64,000 bases of DNA, taken from the NCBI GenBank assembly GCA_963788965.1, contig CAWBIK010000007.1:4147-68146 (forward strand). The letters run 5' to 3'. The stretch is from an uncultured Acidobacteriota bacterium. GTDB taxonomy: Bacteria; Acidobacteriota; Blastocatellia; Pyrinomonadales; Pyrinomonadaceae. The translations under genes and the position numbers were made by a program. Positions 28,351 to 40,254 of the stretch are shown piece after piece; within the stretch, counting starts at the first letter, position 1, and each line of letters begins with the position of its first letter. Below the pieces are notes generated by a model. That model was not told the origin of the DNA, made no database searches, and saw nothing but the letters and a program-made list of their open reading frames with translations.

Positions 28351-29406
28351 GTGTTGCTTTCCGAATTTGATTACGAACTGCCCGAAGAGTTGATCGCGCA
28401 GCAACCGCTCGCGGCGCGCGACGCGGCCCGCATGCTCGTGTTGGAGCGTGCGCGCAGCACGTGGCGCGACCGCATCTTCGCGGAGTTGCCGGTGGAGTTG
28501 AACGCGAACGACGTGCTTGTCGTCAACAACACGCGCGTCTTTCCGGCACGGCTCGTCGGCTCGCGCGCGCCGACGGGCGGACGCGTCGAACTGTTCTTGA
28601 TCGAGGAACGCGCGCCGCTCGTGTGGGCGGCGCTGGCGCGACCCGCGCGGCGACTGCAAACGGGCGCGCGCGCCACGTTCGGCGACGGACGCTTACAAGC
28701 GGAAGTAGTTGAAGCGCACGCGGACGGCTTGCGTGTGGTGCGCTTTCATTGCGCGGGCGATTTCCACGCGCTCTTGGAAGAGACGGGCCAGACGCCGCTG
28801 CCCCCTTACATCAAGCGCGCGGACGAAGACGCAGACACGGCCGCGCGCCGCAGTGCCGACCGCGAACGCTACCAGACCGTCTATGCGCGGGCGCGTGGCG
28901 CGATTGCCGCGCCGACCGCAGGACTACACTTCACGCCGCGCGTCTTGGACGACTTGCGCGCACGCGGCGTCGCCGTCATCGAGATCACTTTGCACGTCGG
29001 CTACGGCACGTTCGCGCCCGTGCGCGTCGCGGACTTGAGCGCGCACACGGTCGCGCCGGAGCATTATGAGATCGACGTTATTGCGGCCCGCGCGCTCAAC
29101 GAAGCACGCGCGGCGGGGCGGCGCATCGTCGCCGTCGGCACGACGACTGTGCGCGCGCTTGAATCGTCGCTGGATGAAATGGGGCGTGTACGGACGGGCG
29201 CAGGGCTGGCGCAGTTGACGATCACACCGGGCTACACGTTCAAGGTAGTCGAGGCGCTCATCACAAATTTTCACTTGCCGCGTTCGTCCTTGCTTGTGCT
29301 CGTCGCCGCGTTCGCGGGGCGCGACCTCGCGCTTGCCGCCTACCGCCACGCCGTCGCCGCTCGCTATCGCTTCTATAGTTACGGCGACTGCATGTTGATC
29401 GTTTAG
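28351..29406 (+). CDS. queA: S-adenosylmethionine:tRNA ribosyltransferase-isomerase
   Basis: LLSEFDYELPEELIAQQP...PLPPYI...YQTVYA...AAPTAGLHFT...VGTTTVRALES...YRFYSYGDCMLI are QueA hallmarks. GTG start at 28351 inferred by analogy with known QueA N-termini. Confidence 0.9.
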   Translation: MLLSEFDYELPEELIAQQPLAARDAARMLVLERARSTWRDRIFAELPVELNANDVLVVNNTRVFPARLVGSRAPTGGRVELFLIEERAPLVWAALARPARRLQTGARATFGDGRLQAEVVEAHADGLRVVRFHCAGDFHALLEETGQTPLPPYIKRADEDADTAARRSADRERYQTVYARARGAIAAPTAGLHFTPRVLDDLRARGVAVIEITLHVGYGTFAPVRVADLSAHTVAPEHYEIDVIAARALNEARAAGRRIVAVGTTTVRALESSLDEMGRVRTGAGLAQLTITPGYTFKVVEALITNFHLPRSSLLVLVAAFAGRDLALAAYRHAVAARYRFYSYGDCMLIV

Positions 29407-29407
29407 T

Positions 29408-29472
29408 AGATCGCAAATAGCTCAAAAGCAGTGTTCATCTATTTACGATTTACGATTCACGATTTACTATTT
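29408..29472. repeat. Heptamer-tiled palindromic element, CGTGAAT/ATTCACG family (asymmetric)
   Basis: agatcgcaaatag ... ctatttacgatttacgattcacgatttactattt. The right arm has 4 tiled heptamers. The left arm is short. Confidence 0.55.
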
Positions 29473-29479
29473 ATCCGGC

Positions 29480-30040
29480 ATGGCTGTGCTGAAGAAAATT
29501 CGGTCGCGGCTCTTTGGGGCGCAAGACGCGGGGGCGAACGGTGCGTTGCAGCAGTCCGCGCCCGGCCCGACCGCGCACGCCGCACAGACGCGCTACGATA
29601 TACGCCCGCTCACTATCGCGCATCTCGACGAATGTTGGCGGCTCGATCAGCGTTGCTTCGTGGACGGCGAAGCCTACAGCCGCGAGACGTTCGAGTACCT
29701 GCTGACTTCGCCTGAGTCGGTTGCTTATCGCGCGGTCACGCCTGATGGCGTGATGGTCGGCTTCATCGTCGGACTGGTCGAGCCGGACAGGACCGGGCAC
29801 ATCACCACGCTCGGCGTCGCGCCGGAACATCGTCGCCGCCAGATCGCACGCCGCATGCTGGAACGGGTTGAAGATAGTTTCCACCGCCGGCACGTCCGCA
29901 CGTTGCGGCTCGAAGTCCGCGCCGTCAACGCGGGCGCGCAACAGCTTTATCTCGATCTCGGCTACAGCGTCACGCAACGCCTGCCCCGCTACTATTCAAA
30001 CGGCGGCGACGGGCTGCTCATGATCAAGGCGCTCCAATAG
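29480..30040 (+). CDS. GNAT N-acetyltransferase (RimI-like)
   Basis: 186-aa ORF. HITTLGVAPEHRRRQIARRMLERV...LEVRAVNAGAQQLYLDLGY is the acetyl-CoA-binding GNAT core, RimI-like. Confidence 0.75.
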   Translation: MAVLKKIRSRLFGAQDAGANGALQQSAPGPTAHAAQTRYDIRPLTIAHLDECWRLDQRCFVDGEAYSRETFEYLLTSPESVAYRAVTPDGVMVGFIVGLVEPDRTGHITTLGVAPEHRRRQIARRMLERVEDSFHRRHVRTLRLEVRAVNAGAQQLYLDLGYSVTQRLPRYYSNGGDGLLMIKALQ

Positions 30041-30062
30041 ACTCTAATACAAGCCCGAACAG

Positions 30063-30131
30063 TAACCACCAAGCCACGAAGGCACGAAAGATCAATCAGC
30101 TATCTTTCGTGCCTTCGTGGCTTGGTGGTTA
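30063..30131. repeat. Heptamer-tiled palindromic element, CACGAAG/CTTCGTG family (perfect 30-bp arms)
   Basis: taaccaccaagccacgaaggcacgaaagat - caatcagct - atctttcgtgccttcgtggcttggtggtta. The arms are exact reverse complements. The right arm encodes the last 14 codons and the stop of the 30092..31486 gene. Confidence 0.95.
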
Positions 30132-31486
30132 ATCCTGTTAGGGTCTTTAATGTTGACCGGCGCGCGCGGCCTGAATCGCTTGGATGATGTCCTGACAACT
30201 TGGCCGCCTTGGGCGTGCTCGTCGGCGGTGAGGCCGTCGTTTGATCTCAGATTCACGTCCGCGCCGCCTGCGATTAAGGCGTTGGCCGTGGCCGCCCCGA
30301 CGCAATCCATCGTGGTAAACCACAAAGGTGTGCCGCCGTATTGCGCGTCCTTGAGGTTGGGATTCGCGCCCGCCGCCAGCAACACTTTCACTGTGTCCGC
30401 GTGCCCGCGCCACGCCGCTTTGACGAGCGCCGTGTTGGGGCCGTCCAACCCGTTCACATCCGCCCCGGCGGCGAGCAACTTCTGCACCTCACTCGTGAAC
30501 CCGCGCCCGGCTGCTTGGACGAGATCGCTCGTCACCCGCGAGGCGGCCACTTGCTGCCGCGTCGGCACGGGCGCGAAACCTTTAGGCGACTCGGTGGACG
30601 ACTTGGTGCTGAACGAGACGACGCGCCATTGCGCGGCCGCCTCTTTGTCTTTGCGTAGCAGGGCCGAGGCCGACGTTTCATGCCCGCCGAACTTATCGTA
30701 AGACTTATCTTTCGTCAGGAGCGCGCGGCCGAGTTTCGTCGGCTCGTAGGTGAACGTGAAATCGACGACCGCTTCGTTCTCGCCGCGCATGTTGACGGCG
30801 CTGATCTTGGCGAGCGCCAACTGCGCGATAGGGATCGCGATCAACCCGCCGGCCTGAAAGTTATTATGATCGCCGTTGGCCACCTTCGTCGTTTCCAGAT
30901 TACTGGCCCGCATGCCGATGAGTGGGTTCACGCTGTCTTCGTAGGTGTCGAAGTCGGGCAGCGCGATGGCCAACCGCTGCAACTCCGGATCGGTCAGCGC
31001 AATGTCTATGTCGTGACTATAGACCGTGTAGTCCCGATAAGTTTTGCCGCAACCATCGCAATAGAAGCCGATCAACTCTTTTTTAGTAGTCGGGCGCACA
31101 TCATGCAGGACGTTGATCAAGCCCAACTCTTTTAACGAGTATGCGGCCTCGTCATATCCGAACTTGTCGTTCGATAGTTCCGAGGCATTGACCTTCGTGT
31201 AGAGCGGCACGAGATCAGGCCGCTTGAATAACTCGGATGCGCTGATGATCTCGGCCGCGGGGATGGTCTGCGCGCCCATGGTCGTCGTGCGCGTCACAAA
31301 CATATAGCCGCCAACGACGACCACCAGCACGGCGATAAGACCGGCGTAGAGTTTACGTCGATCTGTTGTGCTGTTATCTGATCTGGCCTGATGACCGGCC
31401 TCGGCCAGTGGGGTTTGACAACGCAGGCAGATGGGTTCGCTGTCCCAGTTTACCAGCCCACACCGGCCACATTTAATATGAGCCAT
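30092..31486 (-). CDS. Zn-ribbon / single-TM / ankyrin-repeat protein, third gene of the mglBA operon
   Basis: 464-aa ORF. N-terminal CGRCG...CLRC ribbon, TM helix LYAGLIAVLVVVVGGYMFV, C-terminal ANK repeats (LLAAGADVNGLD...ALVKAAWRGHADTVKVLLAAGANPNLKD...GADVNLRSNDGLTA). Lies 53 nt downstream of mglA on the same strand. Confidence 0.7.
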   Translation of the reverse strand: MAHIKCGRCGLVNWDSEPICLRCQTPLAEAGHQARSDNSTTDRRKLYAGLIAVLVVVVGGYMFVTRTTTMGAQTIPAAEIISASELFKRPDLVPLYTKVNASELSNDKFGYDEAAYSLKELGLINVLHDVRPTTKKELIGFYCDGCGKTYRDYTVYSHDIDIALTDPELQRLAIALPDFDTYEDSVNPLIGMRASNLETTKVANGDHNNFQAGGLIAIPIAQLALAKISAVNMRGENEAVVDFTFTYEPTKLGRALLTKDKSYDKFGGHETSASALLRKDKEAAAQWRVVSFSTKSSTESPKGFAPVPTRQQVAASRVTSDLVQAAGRGFTSEVQKLLAAGADVNGLDGPNTALVKAAWRGHADTVKVLLAAGANPNLKDAQYGGTPLWFTTMDCVGAATANALIAGGADVNLRSNDGLTADEHAQGGQVVRTSSKRFRPRAPVNIKDPNRINHQATKARKIAD

Positions 31487-31539
31487 GATGAATTAACCAT
31501 AGTGCGTAGTGCTGATCGCAGCGGGCGCGTAAGTTGCGG

Positions 31540-32124
<585 letters not shown>

Positions 32125-32198
32125 AGCTCAAAGGCAGTGACAAAAGTGACGAGCGCCGGGTGACAAGTCAGCACGAGTTGTTAACCTGTCGCGCGGCA

Positions 32199-32681
32199 CT
32201 AAGTAAAGAGACTATCGATGTCGTCGTCGGTGATGCCCGCCAGCAGGGGGTTGTCGCGGGCGCTTTGTTCGGACTCGCGCTCGATCTCTTCAAAGATGGT
32301 GGCCAATTCGCGCCCCGCCTGCTTAACGCGCAGTTTGACCAGTCCTAGGCTCGAACGGTCGTCGAAGACGACCACCAGCAGTGTCCGCCCGATCAGGCAG
32401 ATGTGGATCGACTCGCGCTCGCCCTCGTGCGACAGCGTCGGGAACTCTTTCTCGCCGATGAGCAGGGCCATGCCGCCCGTCGCCGCGACGTTGCCCGCCG
32501 CCAGAGACGCCAGACTCGTCGTGTCGAGGCCGCCGACCTCGCCCTGCACGGCGATCTCCTGCCCGTTCTTGTCCACGAGAAAGACGACGCGCGAGAACGA
32601 ATCGAGCCGTAACTTTGACAGTACGGAAATGATCCGCCCGTACTGCTGTTCGCGCATAATGATAGGTGTGTCCATCATCAA
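32199..32681 (-). CDS. mglB: MglB, Roadblock/LC7-fold GAP of MglA
   Basis: VVFLVDKNGQEIAVQGEVGGLDTTSLASLAAGNVAATGGMALLIGEKEFPTLSHEG...LVVVFDDRSSLGLVKLRVKQA...DDDIDSLF closely matches MglB. Confidence 0.9.
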   Translation of the reverse strand: MMMDTPIIMREQQYGRIISVLSKLRLDSFSRVVFLVDKNGQEIAVQGEVGGLDTTSLASLAAGNVAATGGMALLIGEKEFPTLSHEGERESIHICLIGRTLLVVVFDDRSSLGLVKLRVKQAGRELATIFEEIERESEQSARDNPLLAGITDDDIDSLFT

Positions 32682-33074
32682 TACAGGCGCTTTCGCTAGC
32701 GTGATGCCAATGAGGTGGGAACTTTACAAAGGGGGCGCTCGGTCAAGATGCTCCGCACCGAAATCTAAACCTAAGCCGAAAAAACGGTTGGCTGCTGCCG
32801 GAAATCGCCTTCGCCGCTGCCTGCTGAGGAAGTCAGCGGCAAGACCAACTCCTCTGGCACTCTAGCATAGCGGCTCAAATGACTTCAACTGTTTTTCCGT
32901 GTTGCCTATGTTTTTACTCTTTGCGCCACCGGGTTATGCCCGCGTCGCGCCTGCAAATCACACTGCTGCGTTGCTTTATGACCCGGCATATGTTAGTCTG
33001 TGCGCGTTTCTGAAGGCTTCAAAGCGCGTCATGTCCAGTTGGTTGGAAGCCATTTTGAAAAGCGAGTGCTTCGC

Positions 33075-33968
33075 ATGAGCGATCCTGTCATCAAGGGCGT
33101 CAAGCGACCTACCCCCCGCCCTACCACACGTAGCGCTTCCTCAGCGACAGCGGCTAAGAGTCGAAAGTTGCCTGCAAAAGCCGCGCGCCCGAAGCCTGTC
33201 GGCGCGGCGAAGCCCCCCGTGCGCAAGGCGACGAAGAAGGCTACCACTGCCGGCAAGGCGGCGCAGAAGCCGACGAAAGGCAAACAAGCGAAGCCTGCAA
33301 AAAAAGCGCCGCCCGCGAAAAGCAAAGTAATTAAAGCGGCCGTCAAACCTGCCAAACGCCCGGCAGCCAGACCAACCAAGCAAAAATCGGTGACTAGACC
33401 ACGGCCCGCGAAAGCGGCCACGGCCCCTGCGCGCGCGGCGCACACGCCGCCCCGCCCCGCCCCGCGGCCCAAGCCGTCGCAGGACGAGATGGCCGCGATC
33501 CGCGCCTTCGAGCGCGCGCACAAAGAGTTTACGCGCGGCCGGTTCGGCGAGGCGCGGCAACTGTTCCGCGCTTTGATCGAGCAGCACCCGCACGCCTCTG
33601 AAGTGACGGCGCGGGCGCGCATCTATCTGGCCATCGCCGAGTCGCGCCTGCGCACGGACACGGCGCTGCCGCGCGACCCGGATGCGCTCTACGACCGTGG
33701 CGTCATCGAACTCAACCGGGGCGACTACGTGGCGGCGCAGGAACTCTTCGAGCGCGCTCTGAAGCGCGAGCCTGAGGCGGCGCACATACATTACGGGCTG
33801 GCAGCGACGCGCTCGCGGCTCGGCTCCATCACCCCTGCGCTCGAAGCCCTTGAGCGCGCGCTCGACCTGCAACCCAACCTGCGTATCCGCGCACAACATG
33901 ATCAAGACTTGGCGGCCCTGCGTAACGAACCGGACTACGAACGGCTCATCTTCGGGTCGCGCGCCTGA
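33075..33968 (+). CDS. Lys/Ala/Pro-rich (histone H1-tail-like) N-terminus fused to TPR repeats
   Basis: ORF 33000..33968. From MSDPVIKG there are about 150 aa of KPAK/AKKA/PAKR low-complexity sequence, then TPR-like helices (ALYDRGVIELNRGDYVAAQELFERALKREPEAAHIHYGLA). Confidence 0.7.
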   Translation: MSDPVIKGVKRPTPRPTTRSASSATAAKSRKLPAKAARPKPVGAAKPPVRKATKKATTAGKAAQKPTKGKQAKPAKKAPPAKSKVIKAAVKPAKRPAARPTKQKSVTRPRPAKAATAPARAAHTPPRPAPRPKPSQDEMAAIRAFERAHKEFTRGRFGEARQLFRALIEQHPHASEVTARARIYLAIAESRLRTDTALPRDPDALYDRGVIELNRGDYVAAQELFERALKREPEAAHIHYGLAATRSRLGSITPALEALERALDLQPNLRIRAQHDQDLAALRNEPDYERLIFGSRA

Positions 33969-34065
33969 GGGCGTACTGCGTCGCTTTCCTCTACAATCAG
34001 TCCGAACAACCGGGCGCACGAATCATATCAGTTTCAAACTTGCAGTCTTTTCGGTATGATTCTGT

Positions 34066-35160
34066 TTGGGCGTGGTGCGCGCCCCCGGTCACGTCTGCCG
34101 TAAAGGGGAAGCTTTAAGTTTGCACACGAGTACAGAGCAGGGGTTGAAGTTGGTCGCCATCGGCGGCGGCACGGGTCTTTCGACCGTGCTTGCGGGGTTG
34201 AAAGAACTGGTCGGCGCTGACGCGGCGGGCGGCTTGTGGCTCGACGCGCTGGCGGCGATTGTCACCGTCTCGGACGACGGCGGCAGTTCGGGGCGGCTGC
34301 GCGACGAGTTGCAAATCCTGCCGCCCGGCGACATACGCAACTGCATGGTCGCGCTCTCGGAAGACTCGACGCTGCTGGCGCGACTCTTTCGTTATCGCTT
34401 CGGCGGCGACGGTCAACTAAGCGGCCACAGCTTCGGCAACCTCTTTCTCGCCGCCCTGACCGATGTAGTCGGCGACTTCACAGAGGCCGTGCGCCTGTCG
34501 TCCGAAGTCTTGGCGAGCAAGGGGCGCATCTATCCGGCGACGTTGAACGACGTGCGCCTCGTCGCCGAACTCGAAGACGGGCGCGTGGTGCGCGGCGAGA
34601 CGAACATCACGGCCGCGCACGCAACGATTCGTCGGCTGCGGCTTGAGCCGGAGCAATGTCTGCCGCTGCCGGAGGCGCTGACCGCGCTACGCAACGCCGA
34701 CATCATCACGGTCGGCCCCGGTTCGCTCTACACGAGCATCCTGCCCAACCTGCTCGTCGCGCGTGTCGCGCAGACGATCAACCAGTCGCACGCCGTAAAA
34801 ATTTTCATCTGCAACTTGATGACGCAACCGGGCGAGACAGACGGTTATACTGCGCGGCAACACCTTGAGACTGTCCGGCAGTACGCGCCGGAGTTACACT
34901 TCGACTGCGTCTTGGTCAACGACCGGCGCATCAGCGCCGAGCAGGCAGCGCGTTACGCGGCCGAGGGCGCACACCAGATCGGCTTGACCGATCATATGTT
35001 GGAGCGCGAGTTCAGCGGCGAGACGGAGATCGTGCGCGCCGATCTACTGGACGAGGGGGAGATGGTGCGGCACAGCCCGGCCAAGTTGGCGCGCGTCATC
35101 GCTGCTTGTTACGAGCAGGCGACGAGCGAGCGCGAACTGCTGGCCGACGTGCCGCGCTAA
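34066..35160 (+). CDS. YvcK/GlmR-family protein (CofD-like, UPF0052)
   Basis: KLVAIGGGTGLSTVLAGLK...VTVSDDGGSSGRLR...GPGSLYTSILPNLLV are YvcK family motifs. The exact start is uncertain. Confidence 0.85.
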   Translation: MGVVRAPGHVCRKGEALSLHTSTEQGLKLVAIGGGTGLSTVLAGLKELVGADAAGGLWLDALAAIVTVSDDGGSSGRLRDELQILPPGDIRNCMVALSEDSTLLARLFRYRFGGDGQLSGHSFGNLFLAALTDVVGDFTEAVRLSSEVLASKGRIYPATLNDVRLVAELEDGRVVRGETNITAAHATIRRLRLEPEQCLPLPEALTALRNADIITVGPGSLYTSILPNLLVARVAQTINQSHAVKIFICNLMTQPGETDGYTARQHLETVRQYAPELHFDCVLVNDRRISAEQAARYAAEGAHQIGLTDHMLEREFSGETEIVRADLLDEGEMVRHSPAKLARVIAACYEQATSERELLADVPR

Positions 35161-35166
35161 TAGTTT

Positions 35167-36651
35167 ATGGAGACACACGCACCAACGAACGCGCACGACG
35201 CGCAGCCGACGCAACCCGCCGCGCCGCTCGACGTGCTCATCCTCGCCGCCGGCCTCGGCACGCGCATGCGCTCGCGCACCGCCAAAGTCCTGCACCAACT
35301 CGGCGGTCGCCCGCTCATCGCACACGTCTGCCACACGGCCGCCGCGCTCGTCCGCGAAGGGCGCACCGTCTATGTCGTCGTCGGGCATCAAGCGGAAGAA
35401 GTGCAAGCGTCGGTTGAAGCGGAACTCGGCGCGCACGGTGCGGTCTTCATCACGCAGACCGAGCAACGCGGCACGGGCGACGCGGTGCTGGCCGCGCGCG
35501 CGGCGCTCGCCGACGCCAACTCTACCCTGCTTGTGCTATCGGGCGACGTGCCGCTCGTCCGCGCCGAAACGCTCGGCGCACTGGTCCAACAGCATCGCAC
35601 GCATCGCGGGCACGGTGCGGCGTGTACGTTGCTCAGCGTCCGGCTTGAAGACCCGACCGGCTACGGCCGCGTCGTGCGCGACTCCGAAGGGCGCTTCGAG
35701 CGCATCGTCGAGCAGAGGGATGCGACGCCCGAAGAACGACAACTCAACGAGATCAACGCGGGCATCTATTGCTTCGAGACGCGCGCACTCTTCTCCGCCC
35801 TTGATCGCGTGCAGCCCGCGAACGCGCAGGGCGAGTATTACTTAACAGACGTGCCCGGCATCTTGCGCGCGGACGGCGCGGACGTGTCCGTCTTCCTGCA
35901 CGCGGACGCACGCGAAGTCAGCGGCGTCAACACGCGTGTCGAGTTGGCCGACTTCGAGCGCCTGTTGCGCGCGCGCACGTTGCGCCGTCTGATGCTCGAC
36001 AGCGGCGTGACCGTGATCGATCCGGCGCATACATACGTCAGCGCCGAAGCGCAGATCGGGCGCGACACCATCTTGCACCCGGACGTACACATCGAAGGGC
36101 GCACAATCATCGGCGAAGGCTGCGAGATACGCTCCGGCACGCGCATCACCAACGCGCGCATCGGCAGCGGCGTTGTGATCAAGGACCATTGCGTCATCGC
36201 CGACTCGGAGATCGCGGATCACTGCACGCTGGGGCCGTTCGCGCACCTGCGCATGGGCGCACAGATGGAAGAAGCCGCCGCCGTGGGCAACTTCGTCGAG
36301 ATGAAGAAGTCGCGGCTTGGGCGCAAAGCAAAGTCGATGCACTTGACTTACTTGGGCGACGCGACCATCGGCGACAACACGAACATCGGCGCGGGCACGG
36401 TGACGTGCAACTACGACGGGCAACGCAAACACCCGACCGTCATTGAAGACAACGTGAAGATCGGTTCGGACACGATGCTGGTCGCGCCCGTGCGCGTCGG
36501 CGCGCGCGCCGTGACCGCCGCCGGTTCAGTCGTCACAAAAGATGTCCCGCCCGACACACTCGTCGCGGGCGTGCCCGCCGTCGTCAAAAAGCACCTGCGC
36601 AACGACGAGCAAGACGCTGAAGAAACAACAGCAGTGATGAAGGAACAGTAA
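35167..36651 (+). CDS. glmU: Bifunctional GlcNAc-1-P uridyltransferase / GlcN-1-P acetyltransferase
   Basis: 494-aa ORF. LILAAGLGTRMRS...QTEQRGTGDAV, plus a C-terminal left-handed beta-helix hexapeptide region. Confidence 0.95.
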   Translation: METHAPTNAHDAQPTQPAAPLDVLILAAGLGTRMRSRTAKVLHQLGGRPLIAHVCHTAAALVREGRTVYVVVGHQAEEVQASVEAELGAHGAVFITQTEQRGTGDAVLAARAALADANSTLLVLSGDVPLVRAETLGALVQQHRTHRGHGAACTLLSVRLEDPTGYGRVVRDSEGRFERIVEQRDATPEERQLNEINAGIYCFETRALFSALDRVQPANAQGEYYLTDVPGILRADGADVSVFLHADAREVSGVNTRVELADFERLLRARTLRRLMLDSGVTVIDPAHTYVSAEAQIGRDTILHPDVHIEGRTIIGEGCEIRSGTRITNARIGSGVVIKDHCVIADSEIADHCTLGPFAHLRMGAQMEEAAAVGNFVEMKKSRLGRKAKSMHLTYLGDATIGDNTNIGAGTVTCNYDGQRKHPTVIEDNVKIGSDTMLVAPVRVGARAVTAAGSVVTKDVPPDTLVAGVPAVVKKHLRNDEQDAEETTAVMKEQ

Positions 36652-36716
36652 CGAGTGACGAGTGACGAGTTAAGGCCAAGTCTTTAACTTGTCACTCGTC
36701 ACTCGTTACTCGTCAC
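36648..36716. repeat. Heptamer-tiled palindromic element, GTGACGA/TCGTCAC family
   Basis: gtaacgagtgacgagtgacgag - ttaaggccaagtctttaacttg - tcactcgtcactcgttactcgtcac. Overlaps the glmU stop codon. Confidence 0.9.
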
Positions 36717-36741
36717 TGCTTTCTCGAAAGGAAAGCAACAC

Positions 36742-38602
<1,861 letters not shown>

Positions 38603-38781
38603 GAGTTTGTCGCGCCGCCCGCGTCTGCTTGCATAAAGCGGCGGGTGGTTTTAAGCTCTGTCACACGTCCTACAGCTCCCCTTAAAGTTTGAGTCTTCCC
38701 CTTGGCAACGGCGCGGCGCAAGAGTCGCCGCCGTGTGTTCGTTTGAGCGGTTCGCTTGAGTTGCAGCAGCATGGAGGGGCG

Positions 38782-40155
38782 ATGAAGCAGCTAACACGTA
38801 TCATGTGCGCGGCGCTTGTGTGTGTTATGGCGTGGGGGCAGACGGTTGCGCCTGCGTGGGCGCAGAAGCGAAGTGCGCGCACAACAGCAGCACCCGCGCG
38901 CCCGACGCCCCAACGTACCACACAACGCACGCCGGCCAAGCGCACGCCGGTCAAACCAACCACACCGCCCGCCCCACGCGTTACGGCCGCCGACGCGCGG
39001 CTCACAGGCGTCTATCAACTCTTGCCGGCCCGCAGCGACGACCCGCAGGAGGCCGCCGCGCAAGCCACCGCCGCGCTGCCGCCGGACGAGCAACAGCGCA
39101 TCATCGACAGCCTCGTTGCGCGGCTCACGTCGCCGCCGCAACTGACACTGCAACGGCGCGGACGCGTGATCGACATCGCTTCGACCCGCGCCCCGCGCAT
39201 CACCTTCGAGGCCGACGGCATCACGCGCACCGAGCGCGCCGCCGACGGTCACACGGTCCAGACGCGCGCCGCGCTCGAAGGCGACAGTCTGAGCATCAGT
39301 TCACGCGGCGGCGCTGACGATCAGTTTGCCGTCGCCTTCGACCCACTCGATGCCGGTCAACGCCTGCGCGTCACGCGGCGCATCTACGACCCGCAACTGC
39401 GCGTGCCCGTGACCGTGCAGAGTCTCTATGAAAAGACAGCGAGCATCGCGCGCTTCGACATCTACGGCCGGCCCGAGCCAGCCACGACCAGCGCGCGCAA
39501 CCAGCGTCGCAGCGTGCCGACACCGCCGCCCGCTGTTGCGCGCACACGCCCGCCCACAACCCCGCCCGTCATGCGCCCGCGCCCGGCCGACACGCGCCCG
39601 CCCGTGCCCGTCAACACAGGCTTTGTCATCGGGCGCAACATGCAGTTCGTCGCCGTCCTCGATAACGATCTCACGACCGAGCGCACGCAGGTCGGCGAAC
39701 GCTTCACGATGACCGTGCGCGAACCGGCGCAGTTCGCCGGGGCGACGCTCGAAGGCACGGTCGCACGTGTCGAACGCGCCGGCCCCTTCGGCGGTCGCGC
39801 CGAGTTGCTCTTGAACTTCGAGCGCATACGTCTGACGGACGGGCGCGAGGCCGCATTCGCAGGCGTAGTCGAAGCGGCCCGCCCGCCCAACGGCGACGAC
39901 GCGCGCGTCGATCCGGAAGGCAGCGGCGAAGTGCAGGAACGCGACAGCCAGACCGACCGCACCGTCGAACGCGCCGCGATTGGCGCGGCCGTCGGCGCGA
40001 TCATCGGCGCGATTGCGAAGGGCGGCCGGGGTGCGGCCATCGGCGCAGCCATCGGCGCAGGCGCGGGCGCAGGCTCCGTCTACGTGCAAGGCCGCGACGA
40101 CCTAGACCTCCCACGCGGCACGGAAATCATCCTCCGCGCCAACCCCAACGGCTAA
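38782..40155 (+). CDS. Secreted hypothetical protein with C-terminal glycine-zipper
   Basis: Signal peptide MKQLTRIMCAALVCVMAWGQTVAPAWA preceded by GGAGG. C-terminus AAIGAAVGAIIGAIAKGGRGAAIGAAIGAGAGAGS. Confidence 0.6.
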   Translation: MKQLTRIMCAALVCVMAWGQTVAPAWAQKRSARTTAAPARPTPQRTTQRTPAKRTPVKPTTPPAPRVTAADARLTGVYQLLPARSDDPQEAAAQATAALPPDEQQRIIDSLVARLTSPPQLTLQRRGRVIDIASTRAPRITFEADGITRTERAADGHTVQTRAALEGDSLSISSRGGADDQFAVAFDPLDAGQRLRVTRRIYDPQLRVPVTVQSLYEKTASIARFDIYGRPEPATTSARNQRRSVPTPPPAVARTRPPTTPPVMRPRPADTRPPVPVNTGFVIGRNMQFVAVLDNDLTTERTQVGERFTMTVREPAQFAGATLEGTVARVERAGPFGGRAELLLNFERIRLTDGREAAFAGVVEAARPPNGDDARVDPEGSGEVQERDSQTDRTVERAAIGAAVGAIIGAIAKGGRGAAIGAAIGAGAGAGSVYVQGRDDLDLPRGTEIILRANPNG

Positions 40156-40254
40156 CCACGCGCCACACATCAACGCGCCGCGCCGGGCTAAGACTTTAGC
40201 TCTGCGCGGCCCGCTTTTTTGTGTAGAATGCGCGCACGGAGGTCTGAGCGAGTC

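Noticed and set aside
32780-32865. SRP-RNA-like string (ctgaggaagtcagcggcaag resembling GGAAGCAGCC of domain IV) in the long mglB/TPR intergenic region.
   Set aside because: There is no GNRA tetraloop, and no matching 5' strand for the conserved symmetric and asymmetric loops. The resemblance is limited to about 10 nt.
33029-34019. Long minus-strand ORFs 33029..33622 and 33141..34019.
   Set aside because: They lie antisense to the KAP-rich/TPR gene. The repetitive GC-rich coding sequence keeps the opposite strand open. No motifs are present.
38603-38650. Possible intrinsic terminator after glmS (cgccgcccgc...gcggcggg tggtttt).
   Set aside because: Only about 5 bp can actually pair when drawn antiparallel. 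That is too weak to call.
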